A DNA stretch of 64,000 nt from contig CAWCMR010000013.1 in the NCBI GenBank assembly GCA_963796685.1, positions 192,001 to 256,000 of the forward strand. The letters run 5' to 3'. Shown here piece after piece: positions 1 to 8,260 of this stretch. The translations under genes and the position numbers were made by a program. How positions within the stretch are numbered: the stretch's first letter is position 1; every line of letters starts with the position of its first letter. Below the pieces are notes generated by a model that was not told the DNA's origin, did no database searches, and was given only the letters and a program-made list of their open reading frames with translations. Source of the DNA: an uncultured delta proteobacterium. GTDB lineage: Bacteria > Myxococcota_A > Polyangia > Fen-1088.

Positions 1-837
1 CCCGAGCGCTGGATCTTGTCGCGCGTCCAGCGCGCCACCGAGGAAATCAACACCGCCCTCGAGGACTATCGCTTCGCCGAGGCGGCGCAGGCAGCGTACC
101 ACTTCATCTGGGACGAGATCTGCGACTGGTACATCGAGCTGGCCAAGGCACGCTTGCAGGATCCGGCGCGGGCCGACGAACGCTGGAAGATCCAGGGCAC
201 GCTGGTCACCGCTCTCGATGCGGCCATGCGCCTGCTTCACCCCTTCATGCCCTTCATCACCGAGGAGCTTTGGCAGAAGCTGCCCAAGCCGCAGGGCGCC
301 CCCCAGAGCATCATGATCACGCTCTATCCCATTTCGGACCCACGCTATCTGGACGACGCCACCGAGGCGTCCATGGCGTTGGTTCAGAAGGTGGTCACGG
401 CGGTGCGCTCGCTGCGCACCGAAAGCAACCTTCCGTCGTCGGCCAGGCCCAAGGTCATTCTCAACGTCACCGATGACTACAAGAAGACCATCCTCGACGG
501 CTACCGTGGCCTGATGTCGGAACAGGCGCGCCTGGGCGAGCTCGTGGTGCGTCGCTCGGGCGACGCGCCCGAGGGCTCGGTGACGACCGCCATGGCCGGC
601 GACGTGGAGGTGCTGCTGGTGGCGGAAGTCAAGGCCGTGGACACCGGCGTCGAGCGGGCCAAGCTGGAGAAGGATCGCGCGACCCTGGGCAAGGATCGCG
701 AGTACCTGGCCAAGAAGCTCGCCAATCCTCAGTTCGCCGAGAGGGCGCCCCAGGCCGTGCTCGACAAGGATCGGGCACGTCTCGCCGAAATCGAATCCGC
801 GCTGGCGAAGATCGAGGCGGCCCTGGCTAGGCTGTAG
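1..837 (+). CDS. valS: Valyl-tRNA synthetase, C-terminal part (5' truncated by window)
   Basis: Anticodon-binding motifs CDWYIE and LLHPFMPFITEELWQ; C-terminal coiled arm KKLANPQFAERAP. Confidence 0.95.
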   Translation, partial: PERWILSRVQRATEEINTALEDYRFAEAAQAAYHFIWDEICDWYIELAKARLQDPARADERWKIQGTLVTALDAAMRLLHPFMPFITEELWQKLPKPQGAPQSIMITLYPISDPRYLDDATEASMALVQKVVTAVRSLRTESNLPSSARPKVILNVTDDYKKTILDGYRGLMSEQARLGELVVRRSGDAPEGSVTTAMAGDVEVLLVAEVKAVDTGVERAKLEKDRATLGKDREYLAKKLANPQFAERAPQAVLDKDRARLAEIESALAKIEAALARL

Positions 838-866
838 TCAAAGTCGCCTTTGTCGGCAAACCGCGT

Positions 867-1014
867 GGGCGAACCCTCGCAGGGAACCCTTGCAGGCCCT
901 TGCAGGAACCCACCCAGGGTCCATTCCAGGGTTCCCATGATCGCGTAGGCGTAGCCGGGCTTTGCCCGGCGGAGCCAGAGCGCGGGAGGGTTTGGGAACC
1001 CTCCCAGGGTTCCC
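867..1014 (+). repeat. REP-like palindromic repeat, family A (full copy 939-1014, fragments upstream)
   Basis: GATCGCGT..GCCGGGC-TTT-GCCCGGC..GGGAACCCT-CCC-AGGGTTCCC; related copies at 29250, 41741, 48148, 48928. Confidence 0.85.
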
Positions 1015-1017
1015 ATC

Positions 1018-2299
1018 TCATTCGTCGAACAAGACCTGATCGCTCGTGTCGCCGAGGGCTTCGTTGCGCGCGCCCGCCAGATCGGCGTTGGTCTTGCGCA
1101 GACGCTGACCCAGGACCTGCACGAAGCTCCACAGCAGCTTGACCGACATGCGCGGGAAGTTGCGGATGAGGTCGTTGAAGTCCCGTCGGCGCAGCACCAG
1201 CGCGCGTGAGACTTCTTCCGCCGTGGCGCTGACCGAGCGCGGGCCGTTGTCCACAAGCGCCATCTCGCCAAGATGGGCGCCCTGTCCGAGGTACGTGACC
1301 AGCGCGCCCTCCTTGTGCAGGCGCACCTTGCCGGACAGGATGATGAACAGCTCGCTGCCCGGCTCGTCCTCGGTGATGATCTCGTCGCCGACCTTGTAGT
1401 CCCGCACCTCGGTGAGGGCGAGAACACGCAGGATTTCCTTGTAGGTCAGGTGGCGGAACAGCGGCATCTGCTTGAGCACCTCGACCTTGCGGTTCAGCTC
1501 TTGCGAGCGCGCGTCCGCGGTCGGGGTGGTGTCGGCGTGAACGCGCAGGACCACGGCCGTGATGTTGTCGTGGCCGCCCCCCGTGTTGGCGTGGTCGATG
1601 AGCTTGCCCGGGATCGCGGTGATGCTCTCCTCGGAAAGCTGGCGCGAGATCTCCTTTTCATCGAGGTAGGAGTGGAGCCCATCGGAGCACAGCAGAAATT
1701 GGTCACCAGGCAGGACTTCCAGGTCGATGGTGTCGACCTGGACCGTTTCGTACACCCCGAGAGCGCGCGTGACCGCGTTCTTGTACGAGGCGTAGGGCGA
1801 TTTCGCCAGCGTCTCGCGCGTGACCTTGCCATGCCGGATCAGCTCGTTGATGAGCGAGTGATCCTCGGTCGAGCTGCACCGTCTGCCCGCTGCGCACCAT
1901 GTAGACGCGGCTGTCGCCGACATGGGCGATGAAACCGCGCTCGCCGATGAGCAAGAAGGCGGAGATGGTGGTGCCCATGCCGCGCTTCTCGGGCTCCTTC
2001 TGGCCGCGTTCGAAGATGGCCAGGCCCGCGGTCTGCACGGCATATTCGAGGACACCCAGCACGTCGTGCGTGGTGACTCCCGTGTCGTGACGCCCATAGG
2101 CGTCGATGATGTCGCGCCGGCTGTCCACCGCGCTGCGGAATTCGTTCACTGCCATCTGTGACGCGATCTCACCAGAGGCGTGGCCGCCCATGCCGTCTGC
2201 CACCACGAACAGGGACAGCTTCTGGTCCACGAGGAAGTTGTCCTCGTTGTGCGTGCGCTTGCGCCCTATGTCCGTTGCAGCCCAGAAGCTCAGGTCCAT
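1018..2299 (-). CDS. PP2C Ser/Thr phosphatase with C-terminal cyclic-nucleotide-binding domain; +1 frameshift near 1871
   Basis: NEDN, VADGMGGH, HVGDSR in one frame; TEDHS, LCSDGL, GGHDNIT and cNMP motif GEMAL..PRSVSA in the next. Confidence 0.88.
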
Positions 2300-2402
2300 A
2301 TTTGCTCACTGCGCGGCCCTCTGAGCCGCTTGCCGTTGCCTAACCTACACTGAAACGAAGATGGGGCAAGATAGGCATTTTTCGGCGGAACGCACGCAGT
2401 CC

Positions 2403-2431
2403 TTGACAGCACCGCGCCCGTTGCTACAAAT
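2403..2431 (+). promoter_or_regulatory. Putative sigma70 promoter of the tRNA pair
   Basis: TTGACA at 2403-2408, TACAAAT 16 bp later, ~40 bp before tRNA-Gln. Confidence 0.55.
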
Positions 2432-2467
2432 GTCATCCGCGGCGGGGACAGCCCGCCGAAAACTTAT

Positions 2468-2541
2468 TCGGGGATCGTCTAATGGCAGGACGCCAGACTC
2501 TGGATCTGGCTATTAAGGTTCGAATCCTTATCCCCGAACCA
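2468..2541 (+). tRNA. tRNA-Gln (CTG)
   Basis: Acceptor TCGGGGA/TCCCCGA, anticodon arm CCAGA-CTCTGGA-TCTGG, T loop TTCGAAT, encoded CCA. Confidence 0.96.
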
Positions 2542-2566
2542 GCTTCAAAAAGTTGCACTCGGCAAC

Positions 2567-2638
2567 GGCCCCATGGTCTAGCGGTTAGGACGGCGCCCTC
2601 TCACGGCGTAATCTCGGGTTCAAGTCCCGATGGGGTCA
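2567..2638 (+). tRNA. tRNA-Glu (CTC); integration target
   Basis: Acceptor GGCCCCA/TGGGGTC, anticodon arm GCGCC-CTCTCAC-GGCGT, T loop TTCAAGT; CCA not encoded. Confidence 0.95.
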
Positions 2639-2686
2639 CAACCTCCTGCATGTGCTCTCGCCTGGCAAACTCGGCCACGTTCCAGC

Positions 2687-2875
2687 CTACTTGCCAAGCC
2701 ACTTGGCCATCCGTCGCTTGGCCTCGTCCTGGTCGACCACGCACCCGGCTTCAACGTCGCGCAGGCCGCGTTCGATCTTCTTGCGAACGTAGATGTGGTG
2801 CTGGATATCCTCCAGCGAGGCGTTGTCGGGAAGGTCATCGAGGAGGCGGCGGACGGTTTCTTTGGCGGTGCGCAT
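2687..2875 (-). CDS. Small antitoxin-like protein (type usually paired with ParE/RelE); orphan
   Basis: 62 aa, LLDDLPDNASLEDIQHHIYVRKKIERGLRDVEAG pattern. Confidence 0.7.
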   Translation of the reverse strand: MRTAKETVRRLLDDLPDNASLEDIQHHIYVRKKIERGLRDVEAGCVVDQDEAKRRMAKWLGK

Positions 2876-3040
2876 GGCGGCGCTTACCCGGATAGGATAG
2901 CGCGCTTAGGGCTTCCATGACACCCTCCCCTGAGTGCCTCTTGGCTATCCCATCGGGATGGTTGCCAGGCCAAGGGGCAGTCTGGGAACACCCGACGGTA
3001 GGACTTGCGGCCGAATCCGTGGCAAGATAGGACGTATTCA

Positions 3041-3436
3041 ATGTCGACGTCTTCCGCGCTCTACACAACCGTTCCGCAGCACATGCCCGACGTGCTTTTC
3101 AGCCAGGGCCTTGCCGATCCGCGCAAGACGGCGAACTTTCTAGGCTTCAAGAACGAGGACGTCGCCACCGCTACGGGGGTGCCGCGCAGGTCTGTGCATC
3201 TTGGGGCCGGCATTCCGGCAGAAGTGCGGGAACGACTGACCGAGATCGCAACCATCTGCGCGCTGGTGATGGACCACTTCTCCGGCGATGAAGACAAGAC
3301 CCACTTGTGGTTCACGACGCGGAATCCGCTTCTGGGCAATCTTTCGCCCCGCGAGATGATACGTCTAGGGCTCTATCGAAAGGTGTTGCGGTTCGTCCAG
3401 GAAGCGCGTGGTCAGGAGCCGCCCCTAGCAGCGTGA
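3041..3436 (+). CDS. Xre/MbcA/ParS-like antitoxin
   Basis: HTH-like N-terminus; C-terminal WFTTRNPLLGNLSPREMI; GTGA overlap with RES gene. Confidence 0.8.
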   Translation: MSTSSALYTTVPQHMPDVLFSQGLADPRKTANFLGFKNEDVATATGVPRRSVHLGAGIPAEVRERLTEIATICALVMDHFSGDEDKTHLWFTTRNPLLGNLSPREMIRLGLYRKVLRFVQEARGQEPPLAA

Positions 3437-4362
3437 CAAAGCGTGGCCAGAGGCGGTTCATCCACCGCCCGCGCATCAATCCCACACCGTCTGTTCCGGT
3501 GGTGCGTATCTTCGACACATTCACGCTGGAGTCTCTTCGCAAAGGGCCTCGGATCATGGCCGAGGTCCTACGGTTTGCGTGGGACCACTACTCCGCGCTT
3601 CAGCATCAGCGTTCGGCGGTTGCCGAGGCAATTGCCGAGGCGCTCGCCCGTGCCAGATCCGGCCCGTTTCCGTTCAGAGCATGGATGCGAGTCGTTGACT
3701 ACCGGTATACCAATCACCCTTTGTCAGTCGTCGGGAGCGTCAAGTCGATAGCGGGTGGCCGGTTCAACATCGGCGACCTCGATCCGATCAAGTTTGCGCC
3801 GTTCCCCGCGCTTTATCTGGCATCGGACCATGCGACGGTCTTGGCGGAGACACTTGGGCAACCTGGCGACTCCGACGGGCTCACTCAAAACGAACTGGCG
3901 CTACGAAGCAAGCGGTCCTATTCGTGCGTGGCCGTGAACGGGCTGATGGAGACGGTGATCGACCTCTCGAAGATGGACCGACTTCGCCAATTCGTGGACG
4001 TCATTGGGAAGTTCAAGCTGTCGGTCTCCATCCGCGAGGATGCGAAACGCCTCGGGATTCCGGGTGCAATTGTCTCGTCCATTGCTGGCCTGGAGACGGC
4101 TCTATTTGCGTTGCACTGGCGGGCTATGCCGATGCAGATGGGCGTTCCCGCATCATCCCAAATATTCGGACAGCTTGTTGCCCGTGCTGGAATCGAGGGC
4201 ATCGTCTTTCCGTCGGTAAGATCGGACTCGGGTGGAACGTCGCTGGCCGTGTTCCCCCAAAACCTTCAGGGCGATTCTTTCGTCGAGCTTGCCGATCCTG
4301 CGGCGCCCGCGACCAAGCACGCTCGTTTGGATGCCAAGACTTGGCGCACCTTTTTGTGCTGA
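3433..4362 (+). CDS. RES-domain toxin (putative NAD+ phosphorylase)
   Basis: WMRV, GGRFN, ALYLA..E, GIVFPSVR motifs; start uncertain (GTG 3433 or ATG 3556). Confidence 0.85.
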   Translation: MTKRGQRRFIHRPRINPTPSVPVVRIFDTFTLESLRKGPRIMAEVLRFAWDHYSALQHQRSAVAEAIAEALARARSGPFPFRAWMRVVDYRYTNHPLSVVGSVKSIAGGRFNIGDLDPIKFAPFPALYLASDHATVLAETLGQPGDSDGLTQNELALRSKRSYSCVAVNGLMETVIDLSKMDRLRQFVDVIGKFKLSVSIREDAKRLGIPGAIVSSIAGLETALFALHWRAMPMQMGVPASSQIFGQLVARAGIEGIVFPSVRSDSGGTSLAVFPQNLQGDSFVELADPAAPATKHARLDAKTWRTFLC

Positions 4363-4375
4363 CGGACTAGTCTAG

Positions 4376-4627
4376 TCAGCCATCGGCCAGTTCTCGCCTG
4401 AGCGAGCTCATGTCCACCGCGAAGGCATCCACATCCTCGCGGGCCAGGGCCAGGATGAAATCCGTGCGGCCAAGCCCAGCCAGCTGCGCGGCGCGCTCTT
4501 GCGAGATGAGGCCGCGCGAATACCAGTGGACGGCGGCGGCGAGACGCAGATCGCCGGCCATTTCGTCGGGAGACCGACGAAGCGCGGAGAAGGTTTCCTC
4601 GGGCAGTTGCACTTGAACCGTGACCAT
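4376..4627 (-). CDS. UPF0175 family antitoxin; orphan (no PIN partner)
   Basis: LAAAVHWYSRGLISQERAAQLAGLGRTDF motif. Confidence 0.85.
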   Translation of the reverse strand: MVTVQVQLPEETFSALRRSPDEMAGDLRLAAAVHWYSRGLISQERAAQLAGLGRTDFILALAREDVDAFAVDMSSLRRELADG

Positions 4628-4642
4628 GAGCTTGCGACAAGC

Positions 4643-4702
4643 CTACCACGACAACGCGTCTGGCGTTTCGGCGCGGGCATCGGGGTGGTAGCGGACCTTC
4701 AC
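4643..4702 (-). pseudogene. N-terminal remnant of a ParE/RelE toxin
   Basis: GTGA-coupled 19-codon ORF VKVRYHPDARAETPDALSW-stop. Confidence 0.6.
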
Positions 4703-4917
4703 CGGCCAGCCCGTGCGCGAAGACGTCTGGCGGCCTCGGCGTGGACTTCATCAGCATCGACCAAGGCCACCTTGCCATCCGCCACATCGCGCGCGCGGCG
4801 ATCAATCTCGGCCGCCCAAAGGGCGTCCGCGTTGGGATCGGCGTCTTCGGCGTCCAGGCTGGCGATGAGATCATCCGCCGCTGGCCTGGTCTTGGTCGAC
4901 CGCGCGCCCGGCATCAT
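4699..4917 (-). CDS. Addiction-module antitoxin component (TIGR02574-like), N-terminus probably altered
   Basis: LIASLD..DALWAAEIDRRARDVADGKV motif. Confidence 0.75.
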   Translation of the reverse strand: MMPGARSTKTRPAADDLIASLDAEDADPNADALWAAEIDRRARDVADGKVALVDADEVHAEAARRLRARAGR

Positions 4918-5417
4918 GGCAACTCTTCGTCGGCCAAACGAAGCACGGCCGCGCGTGTTTGCGCGTCCAGCCTGAATCGAAGAGCCGCGAGGCGATCGAG
5001 AACTGGGGCGACCGCGTCCAGAAAACCTTGCTGTTTGGCTTTCACCAAAACACCGGCTGTGCCGGTGAAGCGAACACCCAGATGGCCAGCGTAGCGGCGG
5101 GCGAGGCCGTCGTCGATGATCAGGATCGCGCCTGGCGTTTCTGCTGCCAGCGCAAGGGCTTCACGTTCTCCTGGCCCAAGGTCGCTCACTGCGGGCAAGA
5201 TGGCCATGCTCTGTGGGCGCACGATGCGCACCCAGGGAAAAGCGGTCGGGTCCGGAAGATCGAATCCCAGCGCGCGGCCAGCTGCCAGTTCCTGGACCAC
5301 GGCCGGTGGCACCAGGATCTCCTCGTACAGCTTCACCAGCAGATCGGTCAGGCCACACTGATGAAGGTACTGGAGCGGCGACGTGTTCGCGATCGTGACC
5401 GGACGCGGGTCAGGCAT
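4914..5417 (-). CDS. DUF3368 PIN-domain toxin
   Basis: IANTSPL, VPPAVVQEL, LGPGEREAL, IIDDGLAR, GTAGVLVKAKQQG. Confidence 0.9.
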   Translation of the reverse strand: MPDPRPVTIANTSPLQYLHQCGLTDLLVKLYEEILVPPAVVQELAAGRALGFDLPDPTAFPWVRIVRPQSMAILPAVSDLGPGEREALALAAETPGAILIIDDGLARRYAGHLGVRFTGTAGVLVKAKQQGFLDAVAPVLDRLAALRFRLDAQTRAAVLRLADEELP

Positions 5418-5658
5418 TCCGGACGTCTCGGGCAATTTCTTCGTCGGACAGCTTGAACACGGGAACGTCGTAGTCGGCCAGCTTGGTCATGAAGACTGGC
5501 TTGGGCAGGCCCGCTAGTTGAGCGGCGGCGCCAGCCGCGAGGCGCCCCATCTCGTATAGCTTCACAGCCGCGACCAACACGACCTCGCGCTCGGCGGCGT
5601 CCGCGCTCAGCTTCAACGCCAGCAGCGTTTCATCTGGGATGTTCAGGTGCCCGACCAT
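5410..5658 (-). CDS. UPF0175 family antitoxin
   Basis: AAVKLYEMGRLAAGAAAQLAGLPKPVF; overlaps the DUF3368 start. Confidence 0.88.
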   Translation of the reverse strand: MVGHLNIPDETLLALKLSADAAEREVVLVAAVKLYEMGRLAAGAAAQLAGLPKPVFMTKLADYDVPVFKLSDEEIARDVRNA

Positions 5659-5945
5659 GAAATGAACCTTACCACAGGGCTGATCCCTGAGCCGAGGAGG
5701 ATGCCATCGCGTCCCAAACACACCCCATCGGGTCGTTTGCCACGGCCGAAATTTTTGCCACGCTTTTGCCATGAAGTCCGACTTTGTGGTGGTCTTCTGC
5801 GGATAGACGCGGCTCGAAACGGAACGACCCCACCGAGCTGAACACCTGAAAACCACTCAGAAAACCAGCGCAAGGCCGCGTCGCGCCTGGGTCTTTTCTA
5901 AATGGCTTGCAGGTGTTTCAAGTCCCGATGGGTCACAAGGATTCG

Positions 5946-6035
5946 TCGGCCAGCTCTCGCCTGAGCGAACCTTCACCGGCTAGCCCGCGCGCGAAGACGT
6001 CTAGCGGCCTCGGCGTGGACTTCGTCAGCATCGAC
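5946..6035 (-). pseudogene. Internally deleted duplicate of 4383-4761 (3' ends of two antitoxin genes)
   Basis: 5946-5968 matches 4383-4405 at 22/23; 5969-6035 matches 4695-4761 at 63/67. Confidence 0.85.
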
Positions 6036-6160
6036 GCTGCCACGGCGCCGTTCAGGTCACGGATCAAGGGGGCCCAGTCCTTGGCGCTGTGCCGGGGACG
6101 CCCACCGAATCGCTAGAAACAAGGCGAAATACGCAGCGTTTCCGCGTCCTGGTCCCCGAA

Positions 6161-6182
6161 GTTACCCCCAAAGTTACCCCCA
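6161..6182 (+). repeat. Putative integrase arm-type sites, left end
   Basis: GTTACCCCCA at 6161 and 6173; same pair at 17848/17860. Confidence 0.8.
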
Positions 6183-6217
6183 GAGGCGCGGCCCTAGAGT
6201 GGTTCGATTCCCGTTCT

Positions 6218-6502
6218 TCACTCGTCGCCGCGACCGCGCTTGGGCACGAGGGTAGCAAGGTCGAAGCGCAAAGTTCTGCCGACACGCTGGCAAGGAATCG
6301 AGCCGTCCTTCACTCGGCGCCACAGCGTCGCGCGCGAGATGCCGAGGATCCTCATTGCATCTTCCGGCCTTCCAAGCGCCGACGGCGCAGCGGCGCGAAG
6401 CTGCTCGACGGCGATGATCAGCCGGTCCACCCGTACAGCCAGCGCGGCGACAGCTCGCCTTGTGGCGCGGACCTCGGCAAGCGTGGCCGTGGGACGGCTC
6501 AC
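6218..6502 (-). CDS. Excisionase-like helix-turn-helix protein
   Basis: EDAMRILGISRATLWRRVKDGSIPCQRVGRTLRF; GTGA-coupled; next to att. Confidence 0.8.
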   Translation of the reverse strand: MSRPTATLAEVRATRRAVAALAVRVDRLIIAVEQLRAAAPSALGRPEDAMRILGISRATLWRRVKDGSIPCQRVGRTLRFDLATLVPKRGRGDE

Positions 6503-7077
6503 GGAAAGAGGACACCCCGGTGGACATCGCGGACCCATTCGGCGGCCGCTCTAGGTGCTTCGTCGCGAAACTCGCGTGTTCCAAGCCCCCAGAGCAAGTC
6601 GATGCTCCGAAGGTAGGTCAAAACGCGTTCGTCCTCGTCGCTGCTACCAAGTATGCACTGGTGTTCGCCACCGATGTGCCTGTCAAAGCTGCCCAACTCG
6701 ACCGGCCAAGAATCGCCGTCGATGGACTTGCTGAATTCCCCAAGACGTCGTTGGTAGTCAACGATATCGGATGCGAAGTAGAACCTTGCCGCGACCCTAA
6801 CGGTCAATGTGCCTTTGTGTTCACCGATGAACTGAACCGGCGAAAGCAAGCCCGCCATGTACAGCTTCTCGATTACTTCGAACACTCGGACGTCGTGGTC
6901 CGAGTCCCACAAGACCGCGAGCGTGTGCACATGGGGAAGTTCCAGCCTCTCCCGCATCACGTCCAGCCATTCGGCACAGCGAACGATGCTGTAGTGGGTG
7001 TCCCACCCCAGGCCGACCGCCTCGGGCTGGTCGTAGATTGTCGAAAGGAGCGTGGAATACTGACGTGTTTCGCGCAT
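6499..7077 (-). CDS. Hypothetical cargo protein (192 aa)
   Basis: GGAGG RBS before ATG 7077; globular-looking composition; no recognised family. Confidence 0.7.
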   Translation of the reverse strand: MRETRQYSTLLSTIYDQPEAVGLGWDTHYSIVRCAEWLDVMRERLELPHVHTLAVLWDSDHDVRVFEVIEKLYMAGLLSPVQFIGEHKGTLTVRVAARFYFASDIVDYQRRLGEFSKSIDGDSWPVELGSFDRHIGGEHQCILGSSDEDERVLTYLRSIDLLWGLGTREFRDEAPRAAAEWVRDVHRGVLFP

Positions 7078-7358
7078 TGGTTTCCTCCGGTTTCGTAGGA
7101 AGTCGTGGGTTCCCCCACTGCGCCGACGCTTTCGGCATCGACGCGACTTGGAGCAGGATAGCATCGTGTCCGGTCGCCCGTCGAATGTATCGGCGAGCTC
7201 GGCCGGGGTTGCGCGGTCCAACCATCGGCCAACCACGCCGAAACGGGGTGGCCCACGGTTCGTCATGATCTGCGGGTGACGCCAGCGGATGGCAGCGGGG
7301 TCACTGATCACGTTTTGGAGATTGGGGAGATCGTGGATCTACTCGGGCCGGAGAACGC

Positions 7359-7859
7359 TCACCGCGAGATCAGAGCTTGGGTTCTTGCCTTTTCTGCGCG
7401 CTCTTTGCGTCGGCTTGAAGTGCCGGTGATGAATGTTATGACTATTCCCGCAACGCCCGTGCCGCCTATCGCTGCACCCGCCGCATCATGCCCATTTAGG
7501 ACCGCATACGTTCCACAGGCGATCATGGCCAAGGTGAGTACGAATCCGCAGACAACGCCAGCGGTTGCGCGAAAGTTCTCACCGCCGAGCGCAGTCGTCT
7601 CCATGGCCATCCTGTGCTCACCCTGCCTATTCGCCATGTCGACAATTTTTGCCGCGAGGCCTGGAACTACCTTGTCATATCCAGCAAGGACGTCTGGATG
7701 GGGGATAGGGCCGGAGAAGCTCGTTTGCGTGTGCGAAAGTGATACTGCCGCAGCGGCGGCGTTCCCGTTGCCTTGCAGAGCGATTGGGGATTGCCTAGCG
7801 ATCTGATGGTGACGGCCCATGGGTAGCCGACGGCGCTTTCTGCTTTTCCTCTTCCCCAT
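7359..7859 (-). CDS. DUF2335 family membrane protein
   Basis: FSGPIPHPDVLAGYDKVVPGLAAKIVDMA..HR followed by two hydrophobic helices. Confidence 0.85.
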   Translation of the reverse strand: MGKRKSRKRRRLPMGRHHQIARQSPIALQGNGNAAAAAVSLSHTQTSFSGPIPHPDVLAGYDKVVPGLAAKIVDMANRQGEHRMAMETTALGGENFRATAGVVCGFVLTLAMIACGTYAVLNGHDAAGAAIGGTGVAGIVITFITGTSSRRKERAEKARTQALISR

Positions 7860-8049
7860 GCACCGCATCTATCGCATTACACAAGTCTTGTCCAACTGCG
7901 CACCAGTCCGACGCCAACGCACGAGCGTCCGCTGTAGGGCCATCCGGCGAACGATTAAATTCGGTGAGCGTTCCACCCAAATCAAGAATCCTGGCCATTC
8001 CTTCAAAGAAGGATGGCCGCGCAAAGAGAAGGTCACTCATCTGAGTCAT
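7795..8049 (-). CDS. Small hypothetical protein, partner of DUF2335 gene
   Basis: PSFFEGMARILDLGG..DARALASDWCAVGQDL; overlaps DUF2335 ORF. Confidence 0.7.
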   Translation of the reverse strand: MTQMSDLLFARPSFFEGMARILDLGGTLTEFNRSPDGPTADARALASDWCAVGQDLCNAIDAVHGEEEKQKAPSATHGPSPSDR

Positions 8050-8260
8050 TCGTACAGATCCCATTTTACACTATGATCACCAGGATCAACTCTTCCGATT
8101 GGATGGCTCAAAACGTCTCTCGGTTCACGTGTGAATGCACTTCCTAGCACATCATCGCTGGAATCAAGAGAACCTTGAACATTAGCTGCAAAGCGCGTCA
8201 TCCACCTTACCACCCCTGCACCGTCCCTTTCGCCACTTTGGCCACGCCCCGCCACGCCCT

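Larger units (their letters stand above)
2619..5938. mobile_element. Integrase-less toxin-antitoxin islet at tRNA-Glu
   Basis: tRNA 3' end TTCAAGTCCCGATGGGGTCACAA (2619-2641) recurs, one G shorter, at 5917-5938; only TA genes lie between. Confidence 0.8.

Noticed and set aside
2619-5938. Integron cassette array
   Set aside because: No integron integrase or attC structures seen; bounded by a tRNA duplication instead
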